Below are positions 19,945 through 28,878 of a DNA stretch of 64,000 nucleotides, one piece after another. Numbering within the stretch: position 1 is the first letter of the stretch; each line of letters begins with the position of its first letter. This stretch comes from Candidatus Obscuribacterales bacterium. GTDB lineage: Bacteria; Cyanobacteriota; Vampirovibrionia; Obscuribacterales; Obscuribacteraceae. The position numbers and the translations under genes are program-made. The stretch lies in the NCBI GenBank assembly GCA_965228855.1, contig CBDDIJ010000003.1:2368001-2432000 (forward strand), written 5' to 3'. The notes below the pieces were generated by a model. The model ran no database searches. It saw only the letters and a program-made list of their open reading frames with translations, and was not told the origin of the DNA.

Positions 19945-20522
19945 GATTCATCATCCTCATCGAGCGCACAAGACTCATCATCATCGTCATCATCGGCTGA
20001 CAGCTTCACACCTTCAGCCTTAATATCTTCGACATCGACAGACTCGACTTCGAGTTCGTCGACTTGCAGTTCGACGGTCATCTTATCGTCATCCGATGCT
20101 TTCAGATCATTGGCAACGGCTTCTTCCATCTCTTCGTCGAACTCGGTCTTCCTTGCAAATTCGTCAACATCGCTTTCTGAATCAGGCGCACTGAAGTCGA
20201 GAACGTAGCCATCATCGTCAACTTCTTCAGCATTCGCTGCAGCGAACGCCGCGGCAAGACTGGCTTGTTTTGCGCGTTGCCTCTCCAATCTTGCCTGATC
20301 TTTTTCTTGTTGGGAACGCTTCGGAAACAGTCTTTTGCGACACTTCGTGCAAAAACAGTAACTGCCTTCCGACAAATGTCCGAAGTCGCCAAGTTTGAAT
20401 CCGACCGGAAGGTACGCTTTAGTAGCGACAAGTCGCCTGTCCAGACCTTTCAATCGGCGCTGAAAAATCCTGACATACTCATGCCGACAGTTGCTTTCTG
20501 CAGTCATATTACCGGTTTCCAT
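19941..20522 (-). CDS. Hypothetical protein: Cys/His putative Zn-binding basic N-terminus with very acidic tail
   Basis: CRH...CFCTKC, followed by an Asp/Glu-rich C-terminal half. Confidence 0.7.
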   Translation of the reverse strand: METGNMTAESNCRHEYVRIFQRRLKGLDRRLVATKAYLPVGFKLGDFGHLSEGSYCFCTKCRKRLFPKRSQQEKDQARLERQRAKQASLAAAFAAANAEEVDDDGYVLDFSAPDSESDVDEFARKTEFDEEMEEAVANDLKASDDDKMTVELQVDELEVESVDVEDIKAEGVKLSADDDDDDESCALDEDDES

Positions 20523-20547
20523 TCCATCGATAGTCTAGCACTAAGAG

Positions 20548-22080
20548 CTAGCGTTTGGTGACCGGAAACTCTTTCAGCAGTTTCCCTTTCCAGAGCAGCA
20601 CAACAGCAAGCTGGTGGTCGTATTTGACGGTTTGAGGACAAGAAAAGTAGAGCCATCTCTCGCCGTCAGGTTCAAACGGAGGCGACGAAGGACTGGCAAC
20701 AGGCAAAACCACTGAGCCGTTGCGTTTTCGCATAGTGTTGTCGAAGAAAACCGCACTCAGCGTGAGGTCCGTGATAGGAGCACCCGTGATATTTCGGATC
20801 TTGATTTTGCCTTCTGGAGTCAAACTATCCTTTGCAAGCCAGTTACGAGAGAACACAATGCTGATGGGAGGCTTATTCGGATCCCAGTTTCCTGTTTTAT
20901 TAGCGTCCTCGAGCTTCTCCTCTACCGCCGGGTCCTCGCCTCTAAGCGCCACCAGTTGCTCTGAAACTCGGGCAGCGTGCCCCTTAACCGAGATAGCCTC
21001 TTGATTCTTCTTCTGCGACGCAAGCTGGTCGCTCCAGGCGAGCAACGTGCTCTTCAGCTTTTCAAGCAAAGGTACTGACTGTCGCAGAGTGCTGGCTTCC
21101 TCCAGCGCCCTGACTGCGCCGGCATAATTAGCAATCTTTATATTCACATCCGCCAGCAACTCATAGTCCTCGACGCTGCGCTCTTTATCAGTTAACTCAC
21201 TGAGGGCGACTTGAGCTTTTTCGTAATCCATTTTCTCAAGCAGCAATTCGATCAAACGGTGGCGCACTTCCAGATTGTTAGGGTCCTGACTGCTTACGAA
21301 CTCGTAGTTTTCAATGGCTTTTCCGGACTGTCCCGTGCGCGCATAAATTGCGGCCAGCAAAATTCTCGTGGTCGGTTCATCACAAACAGACAAGCTTTGC
21401 TCTAGAAGTCGAATAGCCTCTTTGTCGTTCTTTTCCTGGGTTTCAGCAATCGCAGCAAGTTTGCGATAGCAATCACTCAGACGCAGAGGAACTGTTTGAG
21501 TGATCGTTGAATCAAGATCTTTCGCCAGTTTATCGGCTTGCTGCAAGTGATAAACAGCATCGTTCAGATTGTCGGCGGCAATTTCCTGCTCTGCCCAAGC
21601 CATATACAGCTTGGCTCGTCCGACGTCGAAACTCTTGCCGCTGTGACGTTTCATCACAGACTGATAGAGTTTTTCAGCTTCCTCGTAGTCCCCTCGGCGC
21701 TGGTAGTATTCTGCAAACGCCTGGATCACCGGAGAAAGTTCTTCTGCTGAAAGCTTGAGTCTCAGCGCCGTATCGAGCGATGTCCGCCCTTCCGCATAAC
21801 GCTCGCACGCCAGGTAACCTTGCGCCAACCAGGGGTAAACATTGGAGTTATCCGGGTCTTCATGCGTCAATCGCTCTAACACGGGAATTGCGGCGGCGGC
21901 TCGCCCCTGCTTGATCATCTTGACCGCGTTGGTAAACTCGGTCTCTCGCGGTCGAGTGTATTCATAGGTTAGAAACGAGGCGAGAGCCACCACGACTATT
22001 AGAATAATCGTACGCCACAGCTTGCCACCACCCTTGGTGGCTGGCTCGGTGGATTCGGTTGGCGTTGCTTGAGTCGACAA
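20548..22080 (-). CDS. Membrane-anchored TPR protein
   Basis: N-terminal TM segment, many TPR-like helices, C-terminal beta-rich domain. Confidence 0.8.
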   Translation of the reverse strand: MSTQATPTESTEPATKGGGKLWRTIILIVVVALASFLTYEYTRPRETEFTNAVKMIKQGRAAAAIPVLERLTHEDPDNSNVYPWLAQGYLACERYAEGRTSLDTALRLKLSAEELSPVIQAFAEYYQRRGDYEEAEKLYQSVMKRHSGKSFDVGRAKLYMAWAEQEIAADNLNDAVYHLQQADKLAKDLDSTITQTVPLRLSDCYRKLAAIAETQEKNDKEAIRLLEQSLSVCDEPTTRILLAAIYARTGQSGKAIENYEFVSSQDPNNLEVRHRLIELLLEKMDYEKAQVALSELTDKERSVEDYELLADVNIKIANYAGAVRALEEASTLRQSVPLLEKLKSTLLAWSDQLASQKKNQEAISVKGHAARVSEQLVALRGEDPAVEEKLEDANKTGNWDPNKPPISIVFSRNWLAKDSLTPEGKIKIRNITGAPITDLTLSAVFFDNTMRKRNGSVVLPVASPSSPPFEPDGERWLYFSCPQTVKYDHQLAVVLLWKGKLLKEFPVTKR

Positions 22081-22129
22081 TTCTCAATACCGTAGAGCAC
22101 TTACCCTACAGCTATAATATCCTTTTGTT

Positions 22130-23026
22130 ATGAACGATGAGATCAACCTGACATCTACTGCAAATTTGGTCAGCTTCGAAGCCCATTCCGGCAATCGAAA
22201 CTGGACGGTGAAAGCACGCACCTGGGGCGACCCGGAAGACTCTCACGCCTGCGCGTTGCTCGTGCACGGTTTGGGCGCTCACAGTGGCTGGTTTGAAGCC
22301 TTCGCACGAAGATTATCGGCAAAAGGAATCTTCGCGATGTCATACGATCAAATTGGCTTTGGCTTGAGAAAGGATGAGCTGTTCCACTCCAAAGATGAAT
22401 GGCTGGATGACCTCATCGCCAGTTGGGAAGAGCTTAAGTCAATCGCGGGCGGTACAAAGAAGCCGCTATATCTAGTTGGAAACAGCATGGGTGCAGTTGT
22501 CGCCTATTCATGCGTCGAGAGCGTCAAACCGGACGCCATGATTCTCTTCTCGCCCGGATTCGACGGGCACCCGGTGACGTTCAATATCGGATATAAACTG
22601 AAGGCGCTTGCCGCGGCAATCTTCGCACCGGACAGCGATGTTATTTTGCCGTACTCGGTCGACGATATTACGCCATCGCAGACAGTGAGAGACTTTCTAA
22701 CTGCCGACCCGCAAAGACGCTTCGCTATTAGTGCTCGAATGGGGCTTGAACTCTTGAAGTTGACCTTAGCCACTAAAGGCGGCAACAAAATCGCTCATTG
22801 CCCAGTGCTGATGGCAACAGCAGGAATAGAAAAGATTGTCGACAATAAAGTCAGCGAAAAATTATTCAACGAGCTATCCGCGCCGGTCAAGAAGAGATTG
22901 AAATATGCCGACTCGATGCACGACTTGATGTTTGACCCGAATTTAGACGAGATCGTCAATGAAGTTTGCGACTGGCTCGTAAGCGTGACAGGGTCACCGA
23001 CAACCGAAATTTCAACCTCAAAATAA
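22130..23026 (+). CDS. Lysophospholipase-like alpha/beta hydrolase
   Basis: LVHGLGAHS, DQIGFG, GNSMG and HDL motifs. Confidence 0.82.
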   Translation: MNDEINLTSTANLVSFEAHSGNRNWTVKARTWGDPEDSHACALLVHGLGAHSGWFEAFARRLSAKGIFAMSYDQIGFGLRKDELFHSKDEWLDDLIASWEELKSIAGGTKKPLYLVGNSMGAVVAYSCVESVKPDAMILFSPGFDGHPVTFNIGYKLKALAAAIFAPDSDVILPYSVDDITPSQTVRDFLTADPQRRFAISARMGLELLKLTLATKGGNKIAHCPVLMATAGIEKIVDNKVSEKLFNELSAPVKKRLKYADSMHDLMFDPNLDEIVNEVCDWLVSVTGSPTTEISTSK

Positions 23027-23343
23027 TGTAATAAAAGCACTCGAAGAGTCGCAAGGTAGAGAGGCTCTGCCATGCAGGAGACAGTTGCGAGAAACTCCCG
23101 TCTTCCTGATCTAGCCGTAATTTGTTGCCACATGGAAACTACTATAATTTGGACGCTCAGTCTTGTAGCAGATCGGCAAGACTGTGATTCTGTGGCGCTG
23201 GCAGTCATTCGTTTCTTTCCAAATGTTAACGGAAAGCAGAGAGAATGGGAACTTTTGAGCTTCCAGCGCAACATAAGGATCGCCGCTCCGCGCTATGAAT
23301 AGGGAATCGAGCGACAAGGCGACTGATCGAAATGACCTGAACC

Positions 23344-25272
23344 GTGCAGGGCAGCAATTCATCAAGAAGGGCCAAGACAGTGCAAAATAACCCTCAAAAC
23401 TTATCGACAATCTTCTTCAACCGAGTCGACGAGATGCGCGAATTTCCCGCGCTCCAGTTCAAAATAGGCAAAAATCCCTACCAGTCGATGAGCTGGACCG
23501 AACTCGGAAAAGTGGTCAGAGAAACCGCTTGTGGACTGGCTCATCTAGGATTGACTCCCAAGAGTAAAGTTGGAATCTTCTCGCAGACGGCTCACCTCTG
23601 GATAATTTCAGACTTTGCAGCCATCGCCAATGGTGCCGTGTCCGTTCCAATTTACCCGACCAGCTCGACATCGGATATCGAGTACATTTTGAACAACTCG
23701 AAGGCATCCTTTGTCTTTGTTCAAAACGAAAAACTTCTGGCAAAAGTGCTGGGTATCAAAGAAAAATTGCCCACGGTGAAATCGTTTATCGTCATGTATC
23801 CGGGCGCCGACAAGCGAGTCACGATCGAGGGTCTGGTCGAAGAACATAAGCTTCCGAACGGATCTGTTTTAACCTTTGAACAAGTGCGCGAACTTGGCGC
23901 ACAGAATGTGCAGAAGCTGGGTGGTTTAATCGAACAGCGTTCAAGAGCCACGAAGCTGGAGGATCTGGCGACAATTATCTACACATCAGGAACGACCGGC
24001 ACTCCCAAAGGTGTGCCGTTGACGCACTCCAATATCCTCGCCGTGTGCCATGACATGACGCACGTGTTGCCAATCTCCAGAGACGAAGTCTATCTCTCCT
24101 ACCTACCGCTCTCGCACGTCTTCGAGCGCATATGCGGTGAGTTCTACTGGATGCATAGCGGCGGCACATGCGCTTTCGCAGAGGGTATCGAACATTTAGG
24201 CAAGAATATGGCGGAATTAAAACCGTCCATGCTTCTTGTGGTTCCACGAGTTCTCGACAAAATCTATTCGAAGGTCAAGAGCGGCATTGATGGCGCTTCC
24301 GGACGTAGAAAGAAATTGATCGATTGGTCGCTCGAAGTGGCAAAAGAAGTGCGCAGAGAGCATGCCAAAGGCAAGAAGCTGAGACTGGGCTTGCAGGTGA
24401 AATACCTGGTCGCGGAAAAACTCGTGCTCAAGAAATTGCGCGAACGCATCGGACCAAATCTCAGATTGATCGTGAGCGGTGGAGCTCCGGCGACGCCGGA
24501 AACACTGGAATTCTTCGGAGCAGTGGGTATAACTACGCTCGAGGGATACGGGCTGACAGAGACATCTGCCCCTCTAGCCGTCAATCTCTGGCCAAAGAAC
24601 AAGCTTGGAACCGTAGGTCCGACATTGCCCTCGGTAGAAGCACGCGTCAGCGAAGAAGGCGAGTTGATGGTGCGCGGTGGTAGCATATTTAGTGGCTACT
24701 ACAATAATCCGGAAGCAACCAAAGAAGCCTTTGATCAGGGTTGGTTCAAAACAGGCGACATTGTAGCCATCGACCAGGAAGGCTATATCAAGATCACGGA
24801 CCGCAAGAAAGACATTATCGTCAACTCGTCCGGTAAGAACATCGCACCTCAAAAAATTGAGGCGGCTTTGAAAACCAACTTGCCTATGATAAATCAAGTA
24901 GTAATCTTCGGCGACAAGAAGAAATACCTGGCTGCCGTTGTCACCCTGGACGAACAACAGGCGATGGAGTTCTCTCGAGAACAGGGATGGCATTTTGACA
25001 CCATTCAAGAGCTGGCGAAGAGCAAGGAACTAAATCAGTATCTGAAAAAGGAATTCGCCAAGCGCACGACCGACCTTCCTGAGTACGAACAAGTCAAACG
25101 CTTCACTCTCTTGAGCGAGGAGTTGTCTGTGGAAGCCGGCGAACTGACAGCCACGTTGAAGATTAAGAGAAACGTGGTCGCTAAGAACTACAAACATCTT
25201 ATCGATGCGATGTACGACGAGGGCACCGCTGCCGCCGTTTCGTCACCCAATTACGTGAGCACCGGTCGATAG
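23344..25272 (+). CDS. Long-chain fatty acyl-CoA/acyl-ACP synthetase
   Basis: IYTSGTTGTPKG, YLPLSHVFER, EGYGLTET, GWFKTGD, DRKKD and TLKIKR motifs. Confidence 0.93.
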   Translation: MQGSNSSRRAKTVQNNPQNLSTIFFNRVDEMREFPALQFKIGKNPYQSMSWTELGKVVRETACGLAHLGLTPKSKVGIFSQTAHLWIISDFAAIANGAVSVPIYPTSSTSDIEYILNNSKASFVFVQNEKLLAKVLGIKEKLPTVKSFIVMYPGADKRVTIEGLVEEHKLPNGSVLTFEQVRELGAQNVQKLGGLIEQRSRATKLEDLATIIYTSGTTGTPKGVPLTHSNILAVCHDMTHVLPISRDEVYLSYLPLSHVFERICGEFYWMHSGGTCAFAEGIEHLGKNMAELKPSMLLVVPRVLDKIYSKVKSGIDGASGRRKKLIDWSLEVAKEVRREHAKGKKLRLGLQVKYLVAEKLVLKKLRERIGPNLRLIVSGGAPATPETLEFFGAVGITTLEGYGLTETSAPLAVNLWPKNKLGTVGPTLPSVEARVSEEGELMVRGGSIFSGYYNNPEATKEAFDQGWFKTGDIVAIDQEGYIKITDRKKDIIVNSSGKNIAPQKIEAALKTNLPMINQVVIFGDKKKYLAAVVTLDEQQAMEFSREQGWHFDTIQELAKSKELNQYLKKEFAKRTTDLPEYEQVKRFTLLSEELSVEAGELTATLKIKRNVVAKNYKHLIDAMYDEGTAAAVSSPNYVSTGR

Positions 25273-25294
25273 TTTCGGTTCCAAAGTAAAAAAC

Positions 25295-25324
25295 AAAAGA
25301 GCCGGAGCATTGCCCGGCTCTTTT
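25295..25324. terminator. Bidirectional intrinsic terminator
   Basis: AAAAGAGCCGG / CCGGCTCTTTT between convergent genes. Confidence 0.85.
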
Positions 25325-25354
25325 ATTATTTCTGTGGAACGGACTCGCTGTAGT

Positions 25355-26506
25355 CTAGCTAAGCAGCGGTGCGGAAGCCGTTCTGTCCGCCTTGTCGAGA
25401 GCCGCGACGCGCAACACTCTGCTGCGTCCAGCTTCGAGAACGAAGAGAGCACCATCTGAACCGAAGGCAACTCCGGTCGGATTGATCAGTCCTTGAAGGA
25501 ACATCTCAGTACGACCCTCTCTGTTGACCCGTATAACGGACCCGGCACGACCAGCGGTGACATAGAGCCTACCGAGACTGTCCATGGCGAGATTGCCGTC
25601 ATATCCGTCAGCAAAGTTGAAGCTATCCGATTCAGCGACGTTGACCCGCGATACTTCGCGTCCGTCAAGCGAGCGCTTCACGATCGAGCCGGTTGCGTGC
25701 TCGAGGCACCACAGGAAACCGTCAGGATCGAGAAGCAATCCCTGAGTTCCATGTCCGGCTCCACCGATCAGAACTTCATACTCACCGGTTCTGTCAATCT
25801 TGAAGATGCCACCCGTGTTGGAGGGGAAATTCGAGACATAGACTTCTTCGCGAGGTCCGATAGCCAGATCCGAAAGGAAAGTACCACCACCGGTGAGGGC
25901 ACCGTCAAGTTGCGCCAGGATGCGTCCCGACTTATTCGGGTCGATCTTGTAAACGGTTCCTTGAATGGTGGCAACGTACAGCACTCCTTTGCGATCGAAT
26001 CGCAAGCCGGAAATCGTGCTGTTGCCACGGATTCTAGCGTACTCGCTCGGTTGACCCGAGCTATCAACAAACCAGACACTGCCATCGCATGAGAAATAAA
26101 TTCCGCCAGGACCAGCGGTCATTCTCGAAAAGCGATTTGAATACGATGCGTTTAACTGCGAAAGAACTTTTACTGCATAGCCGCGGGGCGCGTCAGGCAG
26201 GTCGATGACTGTCTGCCCTTTGGCTGCGTCCTTTCCCTCTTTCTCCTCGGGCACCTCGTAACTTTCATCGGGTTCTTCGATTTCTGCCGTCGTTATATCT
26301 ATGTGGAGAATCAGATGCAGGGGAATTAAAATCCGACGGATATGAATCTGCCCGTCGCTTTCGTGTGAATACGACTCTACATCTATGTGATCGTGGTCCA
26401 CACCGAGTACGCGACCGGTCACCGTGTTGTGACAACCCATCCCGTACCAAATCTGAATTTTCTGCCTACTCTCGACAAAACCTTGAAGTCTGGTCCTGAA
26501 GCTCAT
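25355..26506 (-). CDS. Protein with N-terminal Sm/Hfq-like domain and C-terminal SMP-30/NHL-type beta-propeller
   Basis: Propeller repeats GLRFDRKGVLYVA, LAIGPREEVYVS, LAMDSLGRLYVT and PTGVAFGSDGALFV; first ~70 aa show an Sm-like helix/strand pattern. Confidence 0.75.
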   Translation of the reverse strand: MSFRTRLQGFVESRQKIQIWYGMGCHNTVTGRVLGVDHDHIDVESYSHESDGQIHIRRILIPLHLILHIDITTAEIEEPDESYEVPEEKEGKDAAKGQTVIDLPDAPRGYAVKVLSQLNASYSNRFSRMTAGPGGIYFSCDGSVWFVDSSGQPSEYARIRGNSTISGLRFDRKGVLYVATIQGTVYKIDPNKSGRILAQLDGALTGGGTFLSDLAIGPREEVYVSNFPSNTGGIFKIDRTGEYEVLIGGAGHGTQGLLLDPDGFLWCLEHATGSIVKRSLDGREVSRVNVAESDSFNFADGYDGNLAMDSLGRLYVTAGRAGSVIRVNREGRTEMFLQGLINPTGVAFGSDGALFVLEAGRSRVLRVAALDKADRTASAPLLS

Positions 26507-26541
26507 ATACCTACACCTACTACCTCGGCTACCTTTACCTA

Positions 26542-27033
26542 TTACTCAGCCTTATTTTCGCGAACCTTTGGTTTCCCTTCTTCTAAATTATCATCTGACC
26601 ACTCATCTTCATCAACTACCAGAGCATGGTTCCAGAATTGCTCCAGTTTGTAGTAGTCCCTTTCCTTCTCTTGCAGGACGTGAATTATAACGTCACCGAA
26701 GTCAAGAAGCACCCATCTGCCCTCGGTCATCCCTTCCATCGATTTAGGTTTTCGACCGAATTTCGCAAAACTGTCTGCAATTTCTTCTGCAATCGCTTTG
26801 ACCTGAGCCTTGGATTCACCTCCAGTGAATACAAAGTAGTCGGCGAGAAGAGTTACTTGCTTAACATCCAGGACTACCGTTGATTTTGCTTTTTTTCTAA
26901 CTGCCGCGTTGGCGGCTTGAAAAGCGGCTTCTCTGGATCCCGTGGATGATGGTGTAGCGGATCGTTGTCCCAAGTCAGTCCTACTCTCTATGAACGGTAC
27001 TATAGTATGTTCCCAAACTATCTCACTTTTCAC
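26542..27033 (-). CDS. rsfS: Ribosome silencing factor RsfS (Iojap)
   Basis: ADYFV, QVKAIA, WVLLDFGDVIIHV and RDYYKLEQFW motifs. Confidence 0.93.
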   Translation of the reverse strand: MKSEIVWEHTIVPFIESRTDLGQRSATPSSTGSREAAFQAANAAVRKKAKSTVVLDVKQVTLLADYFVFTGGESKAQVKAIAEEIADSFAKFGRKPKSMEGMTEGRWVLLDFGDVIIHVLQEKERDYYKLEQFWNHALVVDEDEWSDDNLEEGKPKVRENKAE

Positions 27034-27236
27034 GCTATAAAAGTAAGATTTTGACCTTAGAACAGCATCTCAAATCTGTAAATCCAAAACTTTTTTGCAT
27101 GAAAGAGCGAATTTTATCGTCTGATGGTTGTTTCGGGACTTAAGATGCTGTATTCTCCCGTATTACGTGGTTTTGCAATCGTGCAAATGACCGCGTAGTT
27201 TAGGATCACAAGCCTTGTGGGACAGGAGGAAACTCT

Positions 27237-27515
27237 GTGAATAAAGCAGAACTAGCTGCTGCAATAGCCGACCGCACCAACAATACTAAGAAGTCAGTTG
27301 AAGAGATGCTTCAAGCACTCACCGAAGTTGTTATCGACACCGTTGCAAAAGGTGATCGCGTAACTTTGGTTGGCTTCGGAACATTCGAACGCCGTCAGCG
27401 TAACGCTCGGGAAACAAACAATCCGCAAAAACCCGGCGAAAAAATCAAAGTTCCAGCGAAGAGAGTGCCAGCATTCTCGCCCGGAAAAGAGTTCAAAGAA
27501 AAAGTAAACGGCTAA
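27237..27515 (+). CDS. hup: DNA-binding protein HU
   Basis: MNKAEL, VTLVGFGTF, R.ARE..NP and VPAFSPGK motifs. Confidence 0.95.
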   Translation: MNKAELAAAIADRTNNTKKSVEEMLQALTEVVIDTVAKGDRVTLVGFGTFERRQRNARETNNPQKPGEKIKVPAKRVPAFSPGKEFKEKVNG

Positions 27516-27535
27516 TTCTTTGGAAAAGCGCTAAA

Positions 27536-27577
27536 AAACAAGAAGAGGGATATCTAACGATGTCCCTCTTTCTGTTT
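27536..27577 (+). terminator. Intrinsic terminator after HU
   Basis: AAGAGGGATATC-TAAC-GATGTCCCTCTT stem-loop followed by TCTGTTT. Confidence 0.75.
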
Positions 27578-27791
27578 GAAGTCCTGGTATTTGCATCCTC
27601 AACTCGACTAGAAACGATGCAATGTTATTGAGTCGAAACCAATTATGCTCTTCACAACACAGCTGCTAGAGCCATCTTTATGCAAATCAGGTGAATGGTT
27701 TATTTTGTAAACGAATTGAACGAGGTTTATCCGACTCAATTTAATTTCGGAAATCTCGGATTAAATGTCTGTCGAAGGTCCGCTTGAATGC

Positions 27792-28862
27792 CTATTCTTC
27801 CACTTCAGGCTCTTCTTCTACGCCCATTACATCTTCAGGATTGTCTACATCGCTTTTACCACTGGAAGTATCCTGACCCGGCGAGGCGGTCTCCGCCGGT
27901 TCAGTCTCAGCGCCGGATTTCACGGAGCCATCCTCGTGATGAGTTCGCTTCCAGACTGCGTCAATTCCCATTGGTTTATATCGAGGAACGTATTTCAGAC
28001 ACTCCTGCGCTTTATTTGCCTCATGGCGAGCCTCTTCAGAGTGCCCGGTTTTATCCAGAGTGAGCGCCCACAATTTGTGAACACGCGGATCATTTGGATT
28101 ATTTCTCACCGCATCCTGAGCTTTCGCAAGCGCAAGCTGCCACTGCCCGGAGGCTGCGAGCATGTTTACGAGAGACACGGAGGCTTCGACGAATGTCGGA
28201 CGTATATTGAGACAGCGCATATAGCTGTCTCGTGCGGTCAAAATGTCTCTTGCGCCCTCGGCCGCCTGCCCGAGTTCATAGTGCACCAGAGCCTCATTGA
28301 TACTCGGCTCACCGGTTCGCTGATAGCCGCGGGCGTCATTGAAAAGCTTCCATGATTCTGTCAACTTGCCGACTGCAGAGCTATAATCCCCACGCATTCG
28401 AGCGTTGATTCCCTCGTCGTACAGTCGATAAGCGCGAGCCATCATCTGATACGACGATTCGCGGCGATTGTTGGCTTCGATTTGCTCAGGTGACGGAGGG
28501 GCAGGTTTAGCCGCCTGCTTTGGCTCCTCGTGATGATGGTGATGCACATGCCGTGCTCTGCTCCCACGAGCGACAGTTTCCCTCTTCGACTTACCATGCC
28601 CTTTTCCACGAGAACTTGACGCGGTTCGAGAAGACTTCCCTCTTGAGGAAGACTTGGTAGCGTGAGTAGAACTTTTGCGAGAGGTCGAACTCTTCGAGGT
28701 CTTAGTGGATGTCGATTTTTTCGACGTCCTGGCGGAAGACGACTTCTTAGTCGTCTTCCCGTAGACGGCACCACATGAGCCACCATCCGTTATTAAACAG
28801 ACGGGCGCAATCAGAAGCAGTAAAGCAAGAAAGAATCCAGTAATGCGTTTCACTAGATACAT
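27792..28862 (-). CDS. Secreted TPR protein with Lys/Ser-rich N-terminus and His run
   Basis: Signal peptide, K/S/T-rich low-complexity region, HVHHHHH, TPR helices, acidic tail. Confidence 0.78.
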   Translation of the reverse strand: MYLVKRITGFFLALLLLIAPVCLITDGGSCGAVYGKTTKKSSSARTSKKSTSTKTSKSSTSRKSSTHATKSSSRGKSSRTASSSRGKGHGKSKRETVARGSRARHVHHHHHEEPKQAAKPAPPSPEQIEANNRRESSYQMMARAYRLYDEGINARMRGDYSSAVGKLTESWKLFNDARGYQRTGEPSINEALVHYELGQAAEGARDILTARDSYMRCLNIRPTFVEASVSLVNMLAASGQWQLALAKAQDAVRNNPNDPRVHKLWALTLDKTGHSEEARHEANKAQECLKYVPRYKPMGIDAVWKRTHHEDGSVKSGAETEPAETASPGQDTSSGKSDVDNPEDVMGVEEEPEVEE

Positions 28863-28878
28863 CTTAGATCGTTGGAAA

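Noticed and set aside
23072..23410. Short ORFs between the hydrolase and the acyl-CoA synthetase
   Set aside because: No motifs or coding-like composition; more likely promoter/UTR sequence.
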